Of a DNA stretch of 64,000 nucleotides, positions 39,463-53,500 are shown one piece after another. The translations under genes were made by a program, and so were the position numbers. Position 1 is the first letter of the stretch. Each line of letters opens with the position of its first letter. The stretch comes from Antedon mediterranea. Taxonomy: Eukaryota > Animalia > Echinodermata. The stretch covers positions 32,981,648 through 33,045,647 of the forward strand of contig NC_092673.1 of assembly GCF_964355755.1 (NCBI RefSeq), read 5' to 3'. The notes beneath the pieces were generated by a model. The model made no database searches. It had not been told where the DNA came from and saw only the letters and a list, made by a program, of their open reading frames with translations.

Positions 39463-40879
39463 TGTACGAATAGAGAACAATATAGGCTAATTATTATATT
39501 CGGTCTTGTGTGTGTGAGATTTGAACCTGTACTGAAAATAAGTTTGGTAAGATGCGTGATGTATACCAATTATGATTGATTACGTCCCCTGTCAGTAATG
39601 ATGTATGGACACTTGACAGCAATCGGTGGTTAGGAACGTAAAGGGGAAAAGTCACTCAATAGATTTATTTATTTGTAAACAAAATGTACATTAATTCTCC
39701 CTGTAATGATGTAAAAACTTTCAACAATTGGTATTACAACAATTGGTATTACAACAATTGGTATTTTAATATTTGCATTAAAATGCAAATAATATAATTG
39801 TAAAGAACAGTATACGTATATTGATATTATTATATATATTATCTGAACGTTACACTCAGGAGGAAACCGTTAATAGGGGTCATCAATCTCTAACGTGACC
39901 GTACCATGAGACCAAAAGCATAGTTTATCAACGTGGGTGACAGTGAAGCGGGGCTTTAACATTTGTATCACAATATATCATGACAACAGCATCTTGTTAA
40001 TTTTGGAACAAAATGATCAAATAACAACTTTCGTAGCCTACTTATATTTTGGTCGTAGTAGACATCATTTATAATTATAAATAGAACAAGCAACAGAAAT
40101 AATCGATAAACAGTAAAGGTGTTTCCCTGGTAGGCCTTGTCTCCTATAGTAACATTGAATCGCACCTAAATTTGATAAAATGATTAATAAATAGCATAAA
40201 TAATTAGTAAAATTACTAAAACAAATTGTATTTCACGTAAAGTAAAGGCCTTTATAATTGATATTTGAATATCTAAAACAAATAAATTGTAGTTCACGAT
40301 TCAGTTGAATCACTAAGATCACATTGTAGTTCACATAAAAGTAAAGGCCTTCAATAAAAGTTAAATTACTAAAACAAATTGTAGTTCACGTAAAATAAAT
40401 GCCTTTAATCAATATAATTGATTAGTTGAATATCTAAAACAAATTAATTTCAGTAGTTCACGATACGTTGAACCACTAAAATATTTTTACACACAACAGT
40501 GCAATCACATTTTACTATCTGGTAATGAATAATATGATGTATTTTTTATTATCCACAAATAAGACTGTTGTCAAATATTGTCAAGTATTGTAATTATTAC
40601 AAATTGCTTTAAATATAACCAACCAGTAATAAATTATAAATATTATAGCAAATATAGTATACAACTTTATAGTAATAACTGTTGCTTATGTCCAGTACTA
40701 CAAACATAATATAACATTTAGAATGTTGAATAAGCTTTAAAAACTCGATCTTTAAAAACTATCTACCAAACAATATATATATAAACAATATAGCCCTAAT
40801 ACCTGATGTGAAAGGTTAGTTTTTCCAAAAGTTTTGTTTTTATTTAGAGTTTTGCTTATTTATTTATTAAATCATCTCC

Positions 40880-41233
40880 AATGGAGAACTGCCTTCCATT
40901 ACCGATGTGCACCTAGAACACCTCCAGAAAGATTTTGAACGCATTGAGTCCGATGCCTCTCATCCTCTCCACAAAGTGATCATAGACCAACTTAATCCAA
41001 GTGGTAGATTGAGGCTCCTCAGTGTGAAAACAAATCGATATGCTAAATCCTTTATTCCCTCCGGTATCATCCAGTACAACAGAAAGTCAAAAAGATAATT
41101 TTTTCTTGTATTTTTTGATGTTTTTATATGAATGGTTTTATGCTATATTTGTTTTTATTGTGTTTTCTTGTTATTATGACGAGCAATGAATTTCCTTTTT
41201 CAGGATCAATAAAAGTTATCTTATCTTATCTTA
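40880..41233 (+). mobile_element. 5'-truncated LINE 3' end (L2/Rex-Babar-like) with (ATCTT)n tail
   Basis: SHPLHK...[22 protein letters not shown], then aataaa and the ttatc tail. A near-identical inverted copy lies at 62737-63133. Confidence 0.8.
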
Positions 41234-44200
41234 TGAGAAAGAGAAAACCAGCCGGTCACTGATATACCCACAGCATTGTCCGATCCGTTACACTATAGTA
41301 TGTATAATTTTACTGTACTAATAAGCTGGATAATCATTTTGCAGCCAGGCCTGGTACCATTTCTGTAAAAAATAATGTTCCATTATTATCTAAGTTGAAT
41401 GAATGTTATATAAAGCATTTTTAAAGTTTTAGAGAAACATTAACATATCCAATATGTGATGCATTTACTGTGCCATGATTTTGGTCAAACTATGGATACA
41501 TAGATCAGATATTCTCCATAGTCAAAAGCATCCATTCAAGACTTACCTCGTGCCTATTAGTTTCAAGAATATTTATAATTTTTGTCCTTAGGTCAGTTTT
41601 TTCTGAGGGAGTAGTGGTAGATTTGTTTTGCATTTGTGTCTCCTCAACCTACACAGCTATACACAGTACAAAGAAGTAAAAATAATGACAATAAAGTACC
41701 AATCAGTAAAATCATATAAAATACAGTAATGGGAAAACAACTGTAATAAATTATCCTTTAATTACATAATTTAAGTATTAATTTATAAGAAGGAAAAAAA
41801 GGCTGAAGTGTGTTATATTTCGTATGTTATGTTATCTAATTTTAATACTAAATACTAAAAGCTAAGCTTTTGTTGTGAAATAATATTAAAAAGCTTATTG
41901 AAATTGAATTGAAAAATAGTGTGGTACACATAGGCCCACATCCTAAGGATGCCACCCAAATGTAGCCTGGTTTTGTTTAGCCTAACTAGGCCAACAAACT
42001 GCATTGTCCACTAAATAGTATAATAATAATACTACTACTACTAGCCTAGGCCTAGAAATACCATTAACTCAGGGGCCTAAGCACTACTACTAACGAAGAG
42101 TTATATAGGCCTATTGCTATTCTCACCTGTTTTGTATGGTTTTCTTGGCAAATATTAATCATCTGTTTATAATCATCTGTTTGACTGCCGTTATTAGACA
42201 CCCAGCATTATTAGCCTAGAGTAGTATGCTGCTACCCTCTCAGTCCTAACCAGCTATGAAGTATATTGAAAGTAAGTAGCCTAAAACACTAGCTATAGTC
42301 TGGGCTCCAGACGGAGTTTTGTCTTAAAGGCCAGGTGCGGGCAAAAAATGTCTATTGATCATACATTCCAAGAATTATCGATCTTTAGTTTCCCCTATGT
42401 TTCATAATTTTTTGGAGTTTATTTGTGTTACACGAGCTTGTTGAAAATAAGCACTTTCTTGTCAGTGGGGGGATAGTTCAAATTACACAGTAAAATCTCT
42501 ATTCTTTTGTACACAAATTTTGTAAATAGAGAGGCATTTTAAAAAGCTATGAAAAATAAACGGCGTGGTAAAAAATGTTATCAGATGACTAAATATAGGT
42601 AATATAACTTGAATATTACATTTCTGATATTTTTATTCAATTTAAGATTTTTATTTTCATGCTATAGCAAAAATTATCCACTGTATATCCACCATTTTTT
42701 TTCACCGTCTAGGGAGTCATCAGACATGTTATTACATTAGGTTAACTACCTAACTACTGAAAAAAAGTCTTCCTGGTTTTTATGGAAGAATTTTGCCAAA
42801 TTTTGTATTTGATCATATTAAGGGAAATTCATGTTTTTTTGTCTCGATTTCTGTTACAAATATTTGATTTATGTACAATTGACCAAATATTATATTTAAA
42901 ATTCATGCCTGTACCTGAGCTTTTATTAGTAAAAATATAAATATTTTTGCACACGTTTCATACGTGTATTACTTGAGTTTGGATATTTTCAGACAAAAAT
43001 CGCGGTCGAAATAAAAACAAATAAATAAAAAAAAAGACAATAAATACAGACTTGGGGCAAGTCTACACTAGCTACAGTAGCTAGGGCCTTGCAGGCTGCG
43101 ATATTTCTTTTCGTACATAAATTGGGGACCTCTCGTGAAATGTCACAAAATAAACATGAATATTCATTAGTCATATCCATAAGGTAAGAATTGAGCTAAC
43201 TACAATTCGCAAATGCAAACGCTTTCTGTCGAGCCGTCTGTGTACTTTATAGTGAGATAGAGATTATTTAGAGGGTTTAGGTTTAGTTATATTTAGGAAG
43301 TAGTTTGGCTATCTTTCACATAAGGGGTCCCCAACTTATGTACGAAAAATAAAATGGCGGCCAGCCTACGTGTGGATAGCCTAGCTATCTTTTGGCCTCT
43401 TATTTTCTCTAAAATGTGTTTCTAACCAACCATAATCATACACCATGTTGAGCACGAAACACTTTTCATACAAGCATATCATCTTTTTTCGCTGAAAATG
43501 TCCGTTTACAACGTTTGTTTAAGTAGCAAAATAACCAAACTTCCTCGACTCGCGAAGGATACATGTGTTGATACCTCAGTACACACTGCTGAACTCCGTG
43601 CGTTTTGGGGGATTCCCCAATGTGTAATCATAATATGATTGGTGAAATACAATCACGTGGTACATATTTTTGGACGTTGCGGATAATTTTGAACATGTTT
43701 CCTTCGCGGGACCAAATCACTCACGCCGAAACATATACATTTATATCAAAATAGAGTACCAAAATCAATCGATGATTTCTCAAAATTGACACGCACGATT
43801 CTGGAGAACTTGTTGTTATGAATTGTTAACTATATACAATTAACATTGTAAATATGTTTAAAAATGCTAGACCCCTAACACTGCAACGAGATGAAACGAT
43901 ACAATTTACTGCTTACGGCCTAAAGCGCCATTTACACTAGATACGATAACGACACTGGACCTACGGTTTATAGTCCTTATCCACATAGTGGCAAAATCTA
44001 GCATAGGCCTAATTATGCTATATAGCATCTGTCATTTAGCATTTATTCTAGGAATAATTTTAGAAAATCTAGCATAATCTGGCATAATTCTGAAAAACCA
44101 ATTCTGAAGCTTTTGTCTAGATTTTTTAAACATATTTACAATGTTAATTTTATAGTTAACAATTCAATTTTAATGTTAATTAGTGTTTAAGTCCAGTGCA

Positions 44201-44799
44201 CACAAGGGCGAACAGGCCTATGGTATTGATTAAATTAACTGTAGGCCTATAAATGCATTGTGTAACTTATTTCACTGAATACATGTACGGTTGCTATAAA
44301 AACGAATTAACTTACAATGTAAACACTTGCCAATATTATAATATCATTATGTGTTTTACGTTAACGACATAATCATACAACCGCCAACAATTTTAACCTA
44401 CGTTAAGTTAATAATAACCTTGTCTACTGTTTACAGGAGAAAGACAGAGATCGTTGTACAGCAGCAGAAACTTGAATTACACGGATCTTTTGTACAAAAT
44501 ACCTGAAGCATAATAAATGTACAGCGATGTCGATTGATAACCCAAACTCCTAATAGTTTATTGTTATGCATATTATTCACCTTTTTGTTATTGAGTCATA
44601 AAAATACATTTCAAAGCAACAGTGCTTACCAATAATAAGGAGATTGGATAGGAGCAATTTAACATCAAGAGACACGTTACACATTTACATAATACTGAAC
44701 GGGTGCGAATCCCGGATTTCTGAAATAGGACACGGGAGGGGGGTGATAATAAATTTGTGTCTTACGAAAATGTTCAACTCAATAAGGCATTATATAACC

Positions 44800-45880
44800 C
44801 TAATAAAGAAGAAATGAATATGTTGGATGTAAACCAGTCTATCATTTTATGGATAAATACTTTTTTAAAGGATAGGGAAAAATGTGTCTGTTTTAACTAT
44901 AAGTGTAAATCTGAAATCCGCACATGCAATACCGGAACGCCCTAAGGCTGTGACCTTTCAACAATTCTTTTCTCTTTATAATACTAATGACTTTAACTGT
45001 AATATAAATGACCACATTTTAACAAAGTTGTTTTTCTGTAAAATAAAATACCTGTCTTGTAGGGCTTGTAAAATATAATTCTACTCAGTTATACTTTGAT
45101 AATGTAAATCGGTTCTCTTATTGGTGTAGGCCTACTGATAATTACTTAAAGTTGAATATCAAGAAGACAAAATAGATTATTATTATTATTATTGATGATA
45201 GGAAATGTGTTTAGAATCACAGTTAGATGACAATTATGAATGATAAGGTTGAGATTGTAAAACATAAACATTTAGGTACAATAATATTGATGATAAACTT
45301 GGAAAGAAAATTCAACATAGGTGCAAAGAGAGGCTTTATTTTTTAGGACGTATGAAGAAATTCCATGTTTGCAATAGAATCTTGGTGTTGTTTTATGAAT
45401 CAGTAATTTTAATTATTATCAGTTTTAACATTTTGTGCAATAGATTGGTTTTATAGCCTTGATAATTAACAAAGTATGAATAGAGTAGAGAAAATCAGTA
45501 AAACAGCTTACAGAATAATATAAACTAAAAACAGTAAGAACGCTAAGATATGGTTAACAGTGCCAACAGTAAAAATACAGTTATGTCGGATGAGTATCAT
45601 CCTCTCCACTATTACCTTGTCTTTAGTAAGTCAGGGCGTTTAGTGTACCCAAGATGGAAAACCAATAGGATGAGAAACTGATGAAACGTTGATTTTTTTT
45701 TATGCTATACCGTACTCTTACACCAATCTTGCTTGTATTTTGTATTTTAAATGATGTATTTTATCTGTATTTTTGTATTTGAAACGATGTATTTAATCTT
45801 TTTGTATTTCTATGTGAATTTTTAAACAAACGAAAATAATTTCAAATCATGTACTATATTTTACAGTTTTTGACAATGAA
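44800..45880 (+). mobile_element. Decayed L2/Rex-type LINE RT fragment
   Basis: ILWINTFLKDR, NTGTP.G, SLYNTNDF, LKLNIKKTK, RLYFLGRMKKF and HPLH remnants with many frameshifts. Confidence 0.7.
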
Positions 45881-47383
45881 TAAATGAAATTGAAAAATTC
45901 AGAATGTTGAATGTTGGCTTTCACAATGGGTGCGCAGTGCAATCGATACCACAAGATCCGCCCCGCCGGAATAATTTGAGATAACAGACTCGTATTCGTA
46001 TGTTCCCTTTACTTCCGTCTTTTAGAATTGCAAATATCAGTATGGTAATTTGTTTACTTAGAAGTGTGCTAGTTATTCAGCACTGAACAAAACCCACGAA
46101 AGCAAAACATGACCATAATTTAACTACTCCGAACACTGCTCTTCCCGCCCCTCTGGTGTTTTCGGCACAAATTCGCGTATTAAAAATGTCAGTCTCAACA
46201 AGATATAGTTGACCTCCCATGGTTTATTTTGGGGGTTGGTTCCTCCCTGGTTCCACCGGCCCTGCTGTATATGGATTTTATTTCTGTGAAAGCATCGTGC
46301 ATATTATTCTATATTTAGTTATGAGCCTGTAATATACAGACATCATGTACTGTACTCGTCATTTAATTGAGATTATTCAATTTTTCTTCATTATCGTTCT
46401 CTTTATCACCATGCCAAAGTTTAACTGTATTAACATGAATAGGTACCTTGCATATATTGGACATTCAAGAGTAAATTTCAGTGGATGAAATCGTGTGTGA
46501 TTAATAATTTGTTTATATTTACCTCGTCGTTGTTATATCAGCAGGTTTTCGCGGTTATCAATTGTCAAATGTCTTTATCGTCATGTTAGCCTTCAATGTT
46601 TAATAACATAGAGGAATATATAAAGCAATTGATTGGTGATTTATATATCTATTCACATAGACATAGACATAATGCTCTGTTTGCTAATTGACGTTATTAT
46701 GATCAATATCAGAGTTGTAAATGTGCAATTAAGAGACTTTTTTTGTTATTTTTTAAGCTATCATTGTTTGCAGCGCCAACTATGAATAATAAATAAATGT
46801 TATTTAGTTCCGAAACAACAAAGGAATCGACTGAACCCACTGCACAATCAATCAATCGTTCGATTTATATAGCGCCATTCCAAGGAATTAATAAAATACA
46901 GAACGTGATTCTAATTCTAAAAGTACAATTTATTTTTGCAAATCAAATCACCAAACAATTTTAGATTATACAATATTAGTGGTTATGAATATTAATATTA
47001 CAATAATGTTACGTATGCTTATCTTTCTCATTAAATAACAAACAATACCAGCAGAATCATTAAACACATTGAATCGACTAAAGTAATTAAACTTAAAGAT
47101 GTATTGTTTCCCAAAAACATAAAAAATGAAGAGACTTTCAATACGATATTTTGTAGTTTTAATAAAGTTAATCACTTCCGTAGAAAAAAAAACTTATAAA
47201 ATGACAAAATAAATGGTTAAATTCAACAACAAAAAACCATTGGCTGCAGCCAATTTGATATTTTTTTGCTTTAAATTACATTTTTTTAGGTAAATACATT
47301 TTTTTTTCGATCCAATTTTTGTGACATTAGAATGGCAATTTCAACAAACACTTTTAAAATTATTTTTTAGGGGCGAATATACA

Positions 47384-48575
47384 TCAGTCAAATGGCCGAG
47401 CGGTTAAGGCAGGTGCGCCGTTTACCGTACCTAAAGAGCCAACAACATCGGCAAGGGTTCGAGGCTGACTCGCTCCTAGTTCTGGTGGTGGAACAAGTCT
47501 TCTCGGATAAGGACTATAAACCGTAGGTCCAGTCAAAGAATATATATCACAAGAATGAGTATTCCGCGATTTTTGCATGAGAAATTTGTAACAGAGAGCT
47601 CCAGAGAGTGATGCCCGCCCTAATAAGGGCGGATGTATACATACTAAATAAGACTTGATTTAATAGATATTATACATGTCACATTAAATAGAATTATGAT
47701 AATATATTTTGCAATTGTAAACTATTTTATAATACATATTTATTAACAAACTAGTGTACATTCACTTTTACAGACAATTATTTACTAACATGCTAAGTTA
47801 GTTCACAAAAAAAGCCTAACACAGCAACACCAAAATCAACGAATCGTTACTCAGCACGGCCTATTCTTTACCATTGCCGTGTACTACTCTACGCCCGGTA
47901 AATTAAGTATTGTTTTTATGATATAAATTAGTATAAAATACATGTTATCAATAGGACAAAATGTTAAATATCATTAACATTTATTTGTTTTACCAGAAAC
48001 AAGTTAAATATAGGAATATTATTAAACTATCGTTCGTGAAAACGCGTCAACACCAACACGCCCGGTCACGCTATCGTAGCGCCCGGTTGATAAAGCAAAC
48101 TGTTTATACGGCAGCTTTTACTAAATAAATTGCATAAAACGAACAATTAAATATCAAATAGTATTTAACATGATGTTGGCATGTAGTTTATAACATTTTT
48201 TATCATGAAAATACTACCGGTGGTCCAGCCTTTTGATTAGTGAAACCGTCACAAAAAGTTGTATACATCCCAGATACATCCACACTTATGGCGGCGCCCT
48301 ACCACATGGACAATATTACTGTTACAGGGAAAATCGAGGATTACTCATTCTTGTGATATATATTCTTTGGTCCAGTGTACACAGTTATAACCTGTGTGCA
48401 CTTTAAAGAACCCAGTTCATTATTCGAAAAGATTAGGGGGTTACCCCGGTGAACTGGTTCACAAAATAGCCCCTGTATCAGGGGGATTACCACCTATCTG
48501 ATAGGACAGTGATTAATTCACTATTGGTAATCCTTGGCCACATTGCCTAAAGACATAAAATAAAATAAATAAATT
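47384..48575 (+). mobile_element. tRNA-derived SINE with Deu/Nin-like central domain, interrupted by a MITE
   Basis: A box tggccgagcgg and B box ggttcgaggc; ggataaggactataaaccgtaggtcc...ttaaagaaccc...ttcgaaaagattagggggttaccccggtg; A-rich tail. Confidence 0.8.
47534..48369. mobile_element. Non-autonomous P-element-like MITE (836 bp)
   Basis: 28-bp perfect TIR caaagaatatatatcacaagaatgagta; 7-bp TSD gtccagt at 47527-47533 and 48370-48376. Confidence 0.85.
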
Positions 48576-49375
48576 AAGAAAATTAAAAAAATTAATTTAG
48601 AAGCGTAATTCACTGGCCCCTACATTGGGTAGGCTCATTAAAAGCGTTATGGGGCAAACATCGTTTACACGTGGTTCTGCAAGAAGGTAGATTGTATTAA
48701 ATATCATAAGCATATTATTACTGTTATATTGTTCAGAGTCAGTAGCAGAATATTAGATTATATTTTCATATTCTGTAATCGGCCTAATTACTGTAATTGT
48801 AAAATACAGTAATACAGTATTAGTTTTAATTTCCCACAGTCAGAAAACTAATTTAAAACATTAAAATAAAAAAATGATTACAAACTTTCAAACATTACAC
48901 ACTGAAAATACTAATTAACAAATTAACAAATGAAAGAATAACTATTGTAAAATAATAGATATTACTTTAATATTAATTGTAAATGTATTATCTCATTGCT
49001 GTGATAAGAACTTAATTGTTAAAAGAATTAAATCACTTTTTTAATGGATATGAAACCGTATAAGTAAAATACCTTAACTGAAGTAACTATTAAAATTAAC
49101 AATATGAAAACAATACAATGAAAAAAATTAAAATATTCATACAAAAATGGTGCCACTGATACTAACACATTTAAATGATACGATTAAAAATACGATTATG
49201 TATATCACGGCAACTTAACCGACTAAATATTTGAATTTATACAATATTGTATAATAATAATGCGAGTGAATATAATAATATGCGAGTGAATATAATATTC
49301 AAGAAATATATACGGTAGTATTATACAAGACGATCTATAATGTAATTATTAACTCGAACTTAGTTATGGAAACTA

Positions 49376-49698
49376 TTTGTTTGTTTTGTTTGTTTTATCT
49401 TTATACTGGGTGACCTCTTCAGTCAAAGACTGATCTCCCAGAGGGCCCAGTTGGTGATCAGTGGCTGTGATATACTAATACACCGGGGTAACCCCCTACT
49501 CGTCTCGAAAGATGTACTAGGTTCTTTAAAGTGCACACGAGCAAGTTGTGTACACTGGACCTACGGTTTATAGTCCTTATCCGAGAAGACTTGTTCTACC
49601 ACCAGAACCATGGAGTGAGTGAGCCTCGAACCCCTGCCGATGTTATGGTTACGTGATTACGGTTCCACTGTCTTAACCGCTCGGCCACTCACCCACCC
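49376..49698 (-). mobile_element. Full-length tRNA-derived Deu/Nin-domain SINE
   Basis: Minus strand has A box tggccgagcggttaag, B box ggttcgaggc, the same central domain, and an (AAAC)n tail. Confidence 0.85.
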
Positions 49699-50540
49699 AC
49701 TAATATTCCTAAAATTACAAAATACTTTACATTCATACATATAGAAACATTTATCATTGATTTATAATTATGACACGATTATTATTATTATTATTGATAT
49801 TATTGTTATTATTATTATTATTATTATTATACTAATGCTACAATTTAAACAATACAATACAAACAATTATTTTATTTATTTACATTAAAATGTTTGGAAA
49901 CATCATTGAATTATATTCTCAAACGTTTAGTCCATTAATAATATTTAAAAGAAAATGTAATTTAAAATAGTGTGATTCATTGAATTTATGATAATGATTA
50001 AATCAATCTTAATCGGTTGATCGAGCCAGTTTTCGTATCCTGGTAAATGTTGAATTTATGAGTATCGTAATATATAAGACGTGAATTGTATTTTCTGACA
50101 TTTTAGATAATAATACGCTTCTATATGAGAAGATTGTAATATTTTCCATATAATTATTATTGATATCAACATCTTCGAGGACCAGCAATAGCTTCCAAAA
50201 TGATGAGCATTAATTATTATTAAAGATCAGTCATTTACTGTGCCAACAAAATACATTTAAATATGTTGGCAACACAGTCATGGTACGTTTTGTTTTGATA
50301 GACGAAAAAAATAAATTGATCTACGCATTAAGGATTTGGTTGGGATTTATTTAATATAGTGCGGAGTATATTTCTTGACTATATTTGCTGTGACGTCTGT
50401 AAATGCCACTTTTAGGGTATCCGTGATGACATGAAGACACCATAAAGAATTCTCCAGACGCTGGTACAGCACATTAGCCCAATTATCCGTCATAGAAACA
50501 GTTACCAATAAATCTTTCAAACCTCTTTGTTGTTGATTAC

Positions 50541-53500
50541 TTAAATGTTGTACAATTTTTTTATATCTTCCTTTGCCTGTTCCATTGTAATACGCTTCCA
50601 TCCGGCTGGAATATCAGCCTCCTTAGCATTGTAGTATTCTGCAAGTTCAGTATTGTATGTTGCCATGAACCATTTCCAGAACATCTCTGACTCGCCTGCC
50701 AGTGGTTCAATTTTCCATGATGCGTAGTGTTCATTCACAGTCCTATAATCTCTGAAATTAATTGAAGTGGAGTTTGTATCTTCGTTTATAAATCTGTAGT
50801 TGGACATTACTGCAGTCGTGCATAAATCTGAGTCGAGTTTTGTAGAATCAGTCCACCTATATCCGGCAACGCCGTTGGGTCTATGACAATCTGTACGATG
50901 GTGATCGTGGATGCCATTGAGGTCACATAGTGCTTTACAAAATGGACACACCTCCTGGCAAGCTAGTAGATCAGCTGTAAAGAAGTCACAACAGGATGTG
51001 CTAATTTCACTGAAAATGCTACTATCATATTCTCTGATAATTTTGTCTTTGATGCCGTTTAGTTCATCTAACAATTTATCGCTAAACTCTTCCAAAGCTA
51101 GATCTCTCTCCTCATCAAAAAACCGAATGTCCGTTTTGATGCACAACACTTTATCAATGTAATCAAGTAAGGTTAACCACCATGACTTCAGCGTAATGTC
51201 ACCTTTGGCATTCAAAGTAGCAATAGCTTGATTTAAGGCAGATACTATATTATGAACTTCACAAGCGTATATCTCTTGTAGTACAGAACACCCGGCTTTC
51301 GTCGTTTCAAAACAGACTTTCTTTATTTGTTCAGATGTGAAGTTCTTTATGCAAAGTATTGGATTACACAAGTACTCTTTAAAGCAATCAAAATTGCCTT
51401 TCTCTGCCATTGCAATAAGCATACTTGCGTGAAGAGACATCTTACTTGAAAAGCTTTTACTTGAGGAATATCTAAGATGATCAATTACTCCAAGTTTGCA
51501 TTTGTCTGGAAGAGATATTTTAATAGCACATGCAATCTCCCGAGATATAGCCGACGCCGCTTTACTAATTATGTGACGCACTGTACATTCATCTTTAAAC
51601 GTTTGCCACAATCTTTCCTTTCTTGATTCCAAGTATAGTCGTGGGTCATTTTCGTGTTTGTACTGCTCCTGCATTTTTTTTAAACTGGGTATCAGCGACG
51701 TTTTGAAATTACACACGGCTAGTCGAATCTGTGCTTTTGATTTCAAGAGACTTTTTCCATCTAATTTGATCTCTTTAAGGTCACATGATAGCGAGTTAAA
51801 ACAATCAAATCCGAGTTGGTTTGTGTAATTTGTTCCATTCAGTGTGTGATTTGAGATTTGTTTTTGTAGTTTTTCTACAATGTTTTGCTTTGTACAATTA
51901 GCATCGTTCACATACGTTTTTGCACTTGCATTACTGAAATATGATTTAAATTTTTTCCAATTTCTTAAATGCAAATCATGTTCGGTAACTTCAGTTTCGG
52001 AAGACTGGAATGCAAGAGACACTTCAGCTTTGTTGTTCTCTAAGTAGTTCTCTTCTGCTATTTTTTGAAAAGATCTACCAATGTCAACGCAATCATCACT
52101 ACTTGGAATATTGGAAACCCATGTCTTCCAGTTGTTAGCAAACTCCTTTTCAAGATCCATGTCAGAGAGTTGTTTGTTACGGTACACATCGGCAAGTCGT
52201 TTAGCTTTTCGATATATTTCTCTTTCATGCATTTCAATGTTAGCGTCAATTTCAGCTCTCCCTATTACTTTATTTCTAATAGATGTAAATACACCTTTCA
52301 TCTCCTTTATAATTTCTTTGCAAAGATCTTCAAGTTGTAACTCTATCTTACCTTGCCATTGACAAGCTTTTACATCATCTGCAAAATATGATGTCATGCT
52401 TGCTCGGAAGGCAATAATGTTATCCTCTAGCTTCTTTAAGTACCAATCAAGAATTTGCTCCCCTTCTTCTCTCATCTTTTCAGTTGTTAGCTTTTTACAT
52501 TCACTTTGAAGTCTGTCACTGTACTCTAGTGCATTTCTTCTGAATGTACGAGCATGCTTCACATATTCTGCATCCAGAGAATTAAAAGCCTGAATCTCCA
52601 GAGAATTCTTGAAACTGAATACAAAGTTTTGGCATAATATTGCTCTCCAAAGATCAGACAGCAATGTTGTGAAGTCAGTTATACTTTTAGGTTTGGAATT
52701 CTTGATAAATTCCAAGACCTGTTTCTTTACTTGGAGAATGCATTTGCTGTAACCAGGATTAGGGGGCGCCATTGGTGGGTCTCCTTGCCAAAGACTGGAA
52801 ATGTACATTATGTGTTTGTTTTCTTGAAAATTAATGACATCAGAAAACGATTTATATCTTTCACTGCAATTCTCTGCTTCAGCTGCAATTTTTGTAATTG
52901 TATCCAACATTTCTCGCATACTTCTTTTTTGTGTCGTATTCAAATCTGATGCTGTGACATCAGTGACGTTTTGGTGTACAAATATGCAGCTGGGTTTGAT
53001 ATGAACATTTTCCATTTTCATAAAAGCATGGACAGCAATTTGAAGAGTGTCTTGCATGTCTGTTGGATTTTCTCCCATAATGTTTATTATGGTAACATCA
53101 CCTAAACCAATTACAAGCGTGGCTAGTTCGTTGTCACGATTACTACCCAGTTGACTGGCGAATTCAGGAGACCGCAAACCCTCAGTGTCAACTACAAGAA
53201 TATAGTCACATTGTGTGTCTTCTCTTAAACTTCTATCTAACGATACTAGCTGGGCGAATATACCTTTAGTACATCTTCCGGCGCTAACGGAAAATTGTAA
53301 ACCAAACATGGCATTTAGCATGGTTGATTTTCCGCTACTTTGAATGCCTAATACAGACAATACAAATATTTTTTTGTTGCCAATTTGGTCCTTAAGAGAA
53401 GTAAACACGGCTTCAATCCAAGTAAGGGGCACGTGAGTTGCATCACCATCCATCAGCTCAATTGGATATCCATGTAGTAACATCTCAGCAGCAACTCTCG

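Larger units (their letters stand above)
37815..43922. mobile_element. About 6.1-kb non-autonomous DNA transposon, Academ-like (TAG..CTA ends), inserted in a SINE
   Basis: 16-bp perfect TIR taggccgtaagcagta / tactgcttacggccta with imperfect extension (cgtt....gtt.gggg.ctag). The flanks 37771-37814 and 43952-43982 join into contiguous SINE sequence as seen at 49511-49582. Confidence 0.65.

Noticed and set aside
39722-40480. Short tandem repeats (15-bp x3; ctaaaacaaattgtagttcacg units)
   Set aside because: Ordinary low-copy repeats inside the large transposon.
45676-45700. ctgatgaaac as a second hammerhead
   Set aside because: No stem II between CUGAUGA and GAAA.
47384-47470. tRNA gene
   Set aside because: A and B boxes are present, but there is no full cloverleaf and it continues into a SINE body with further copies.
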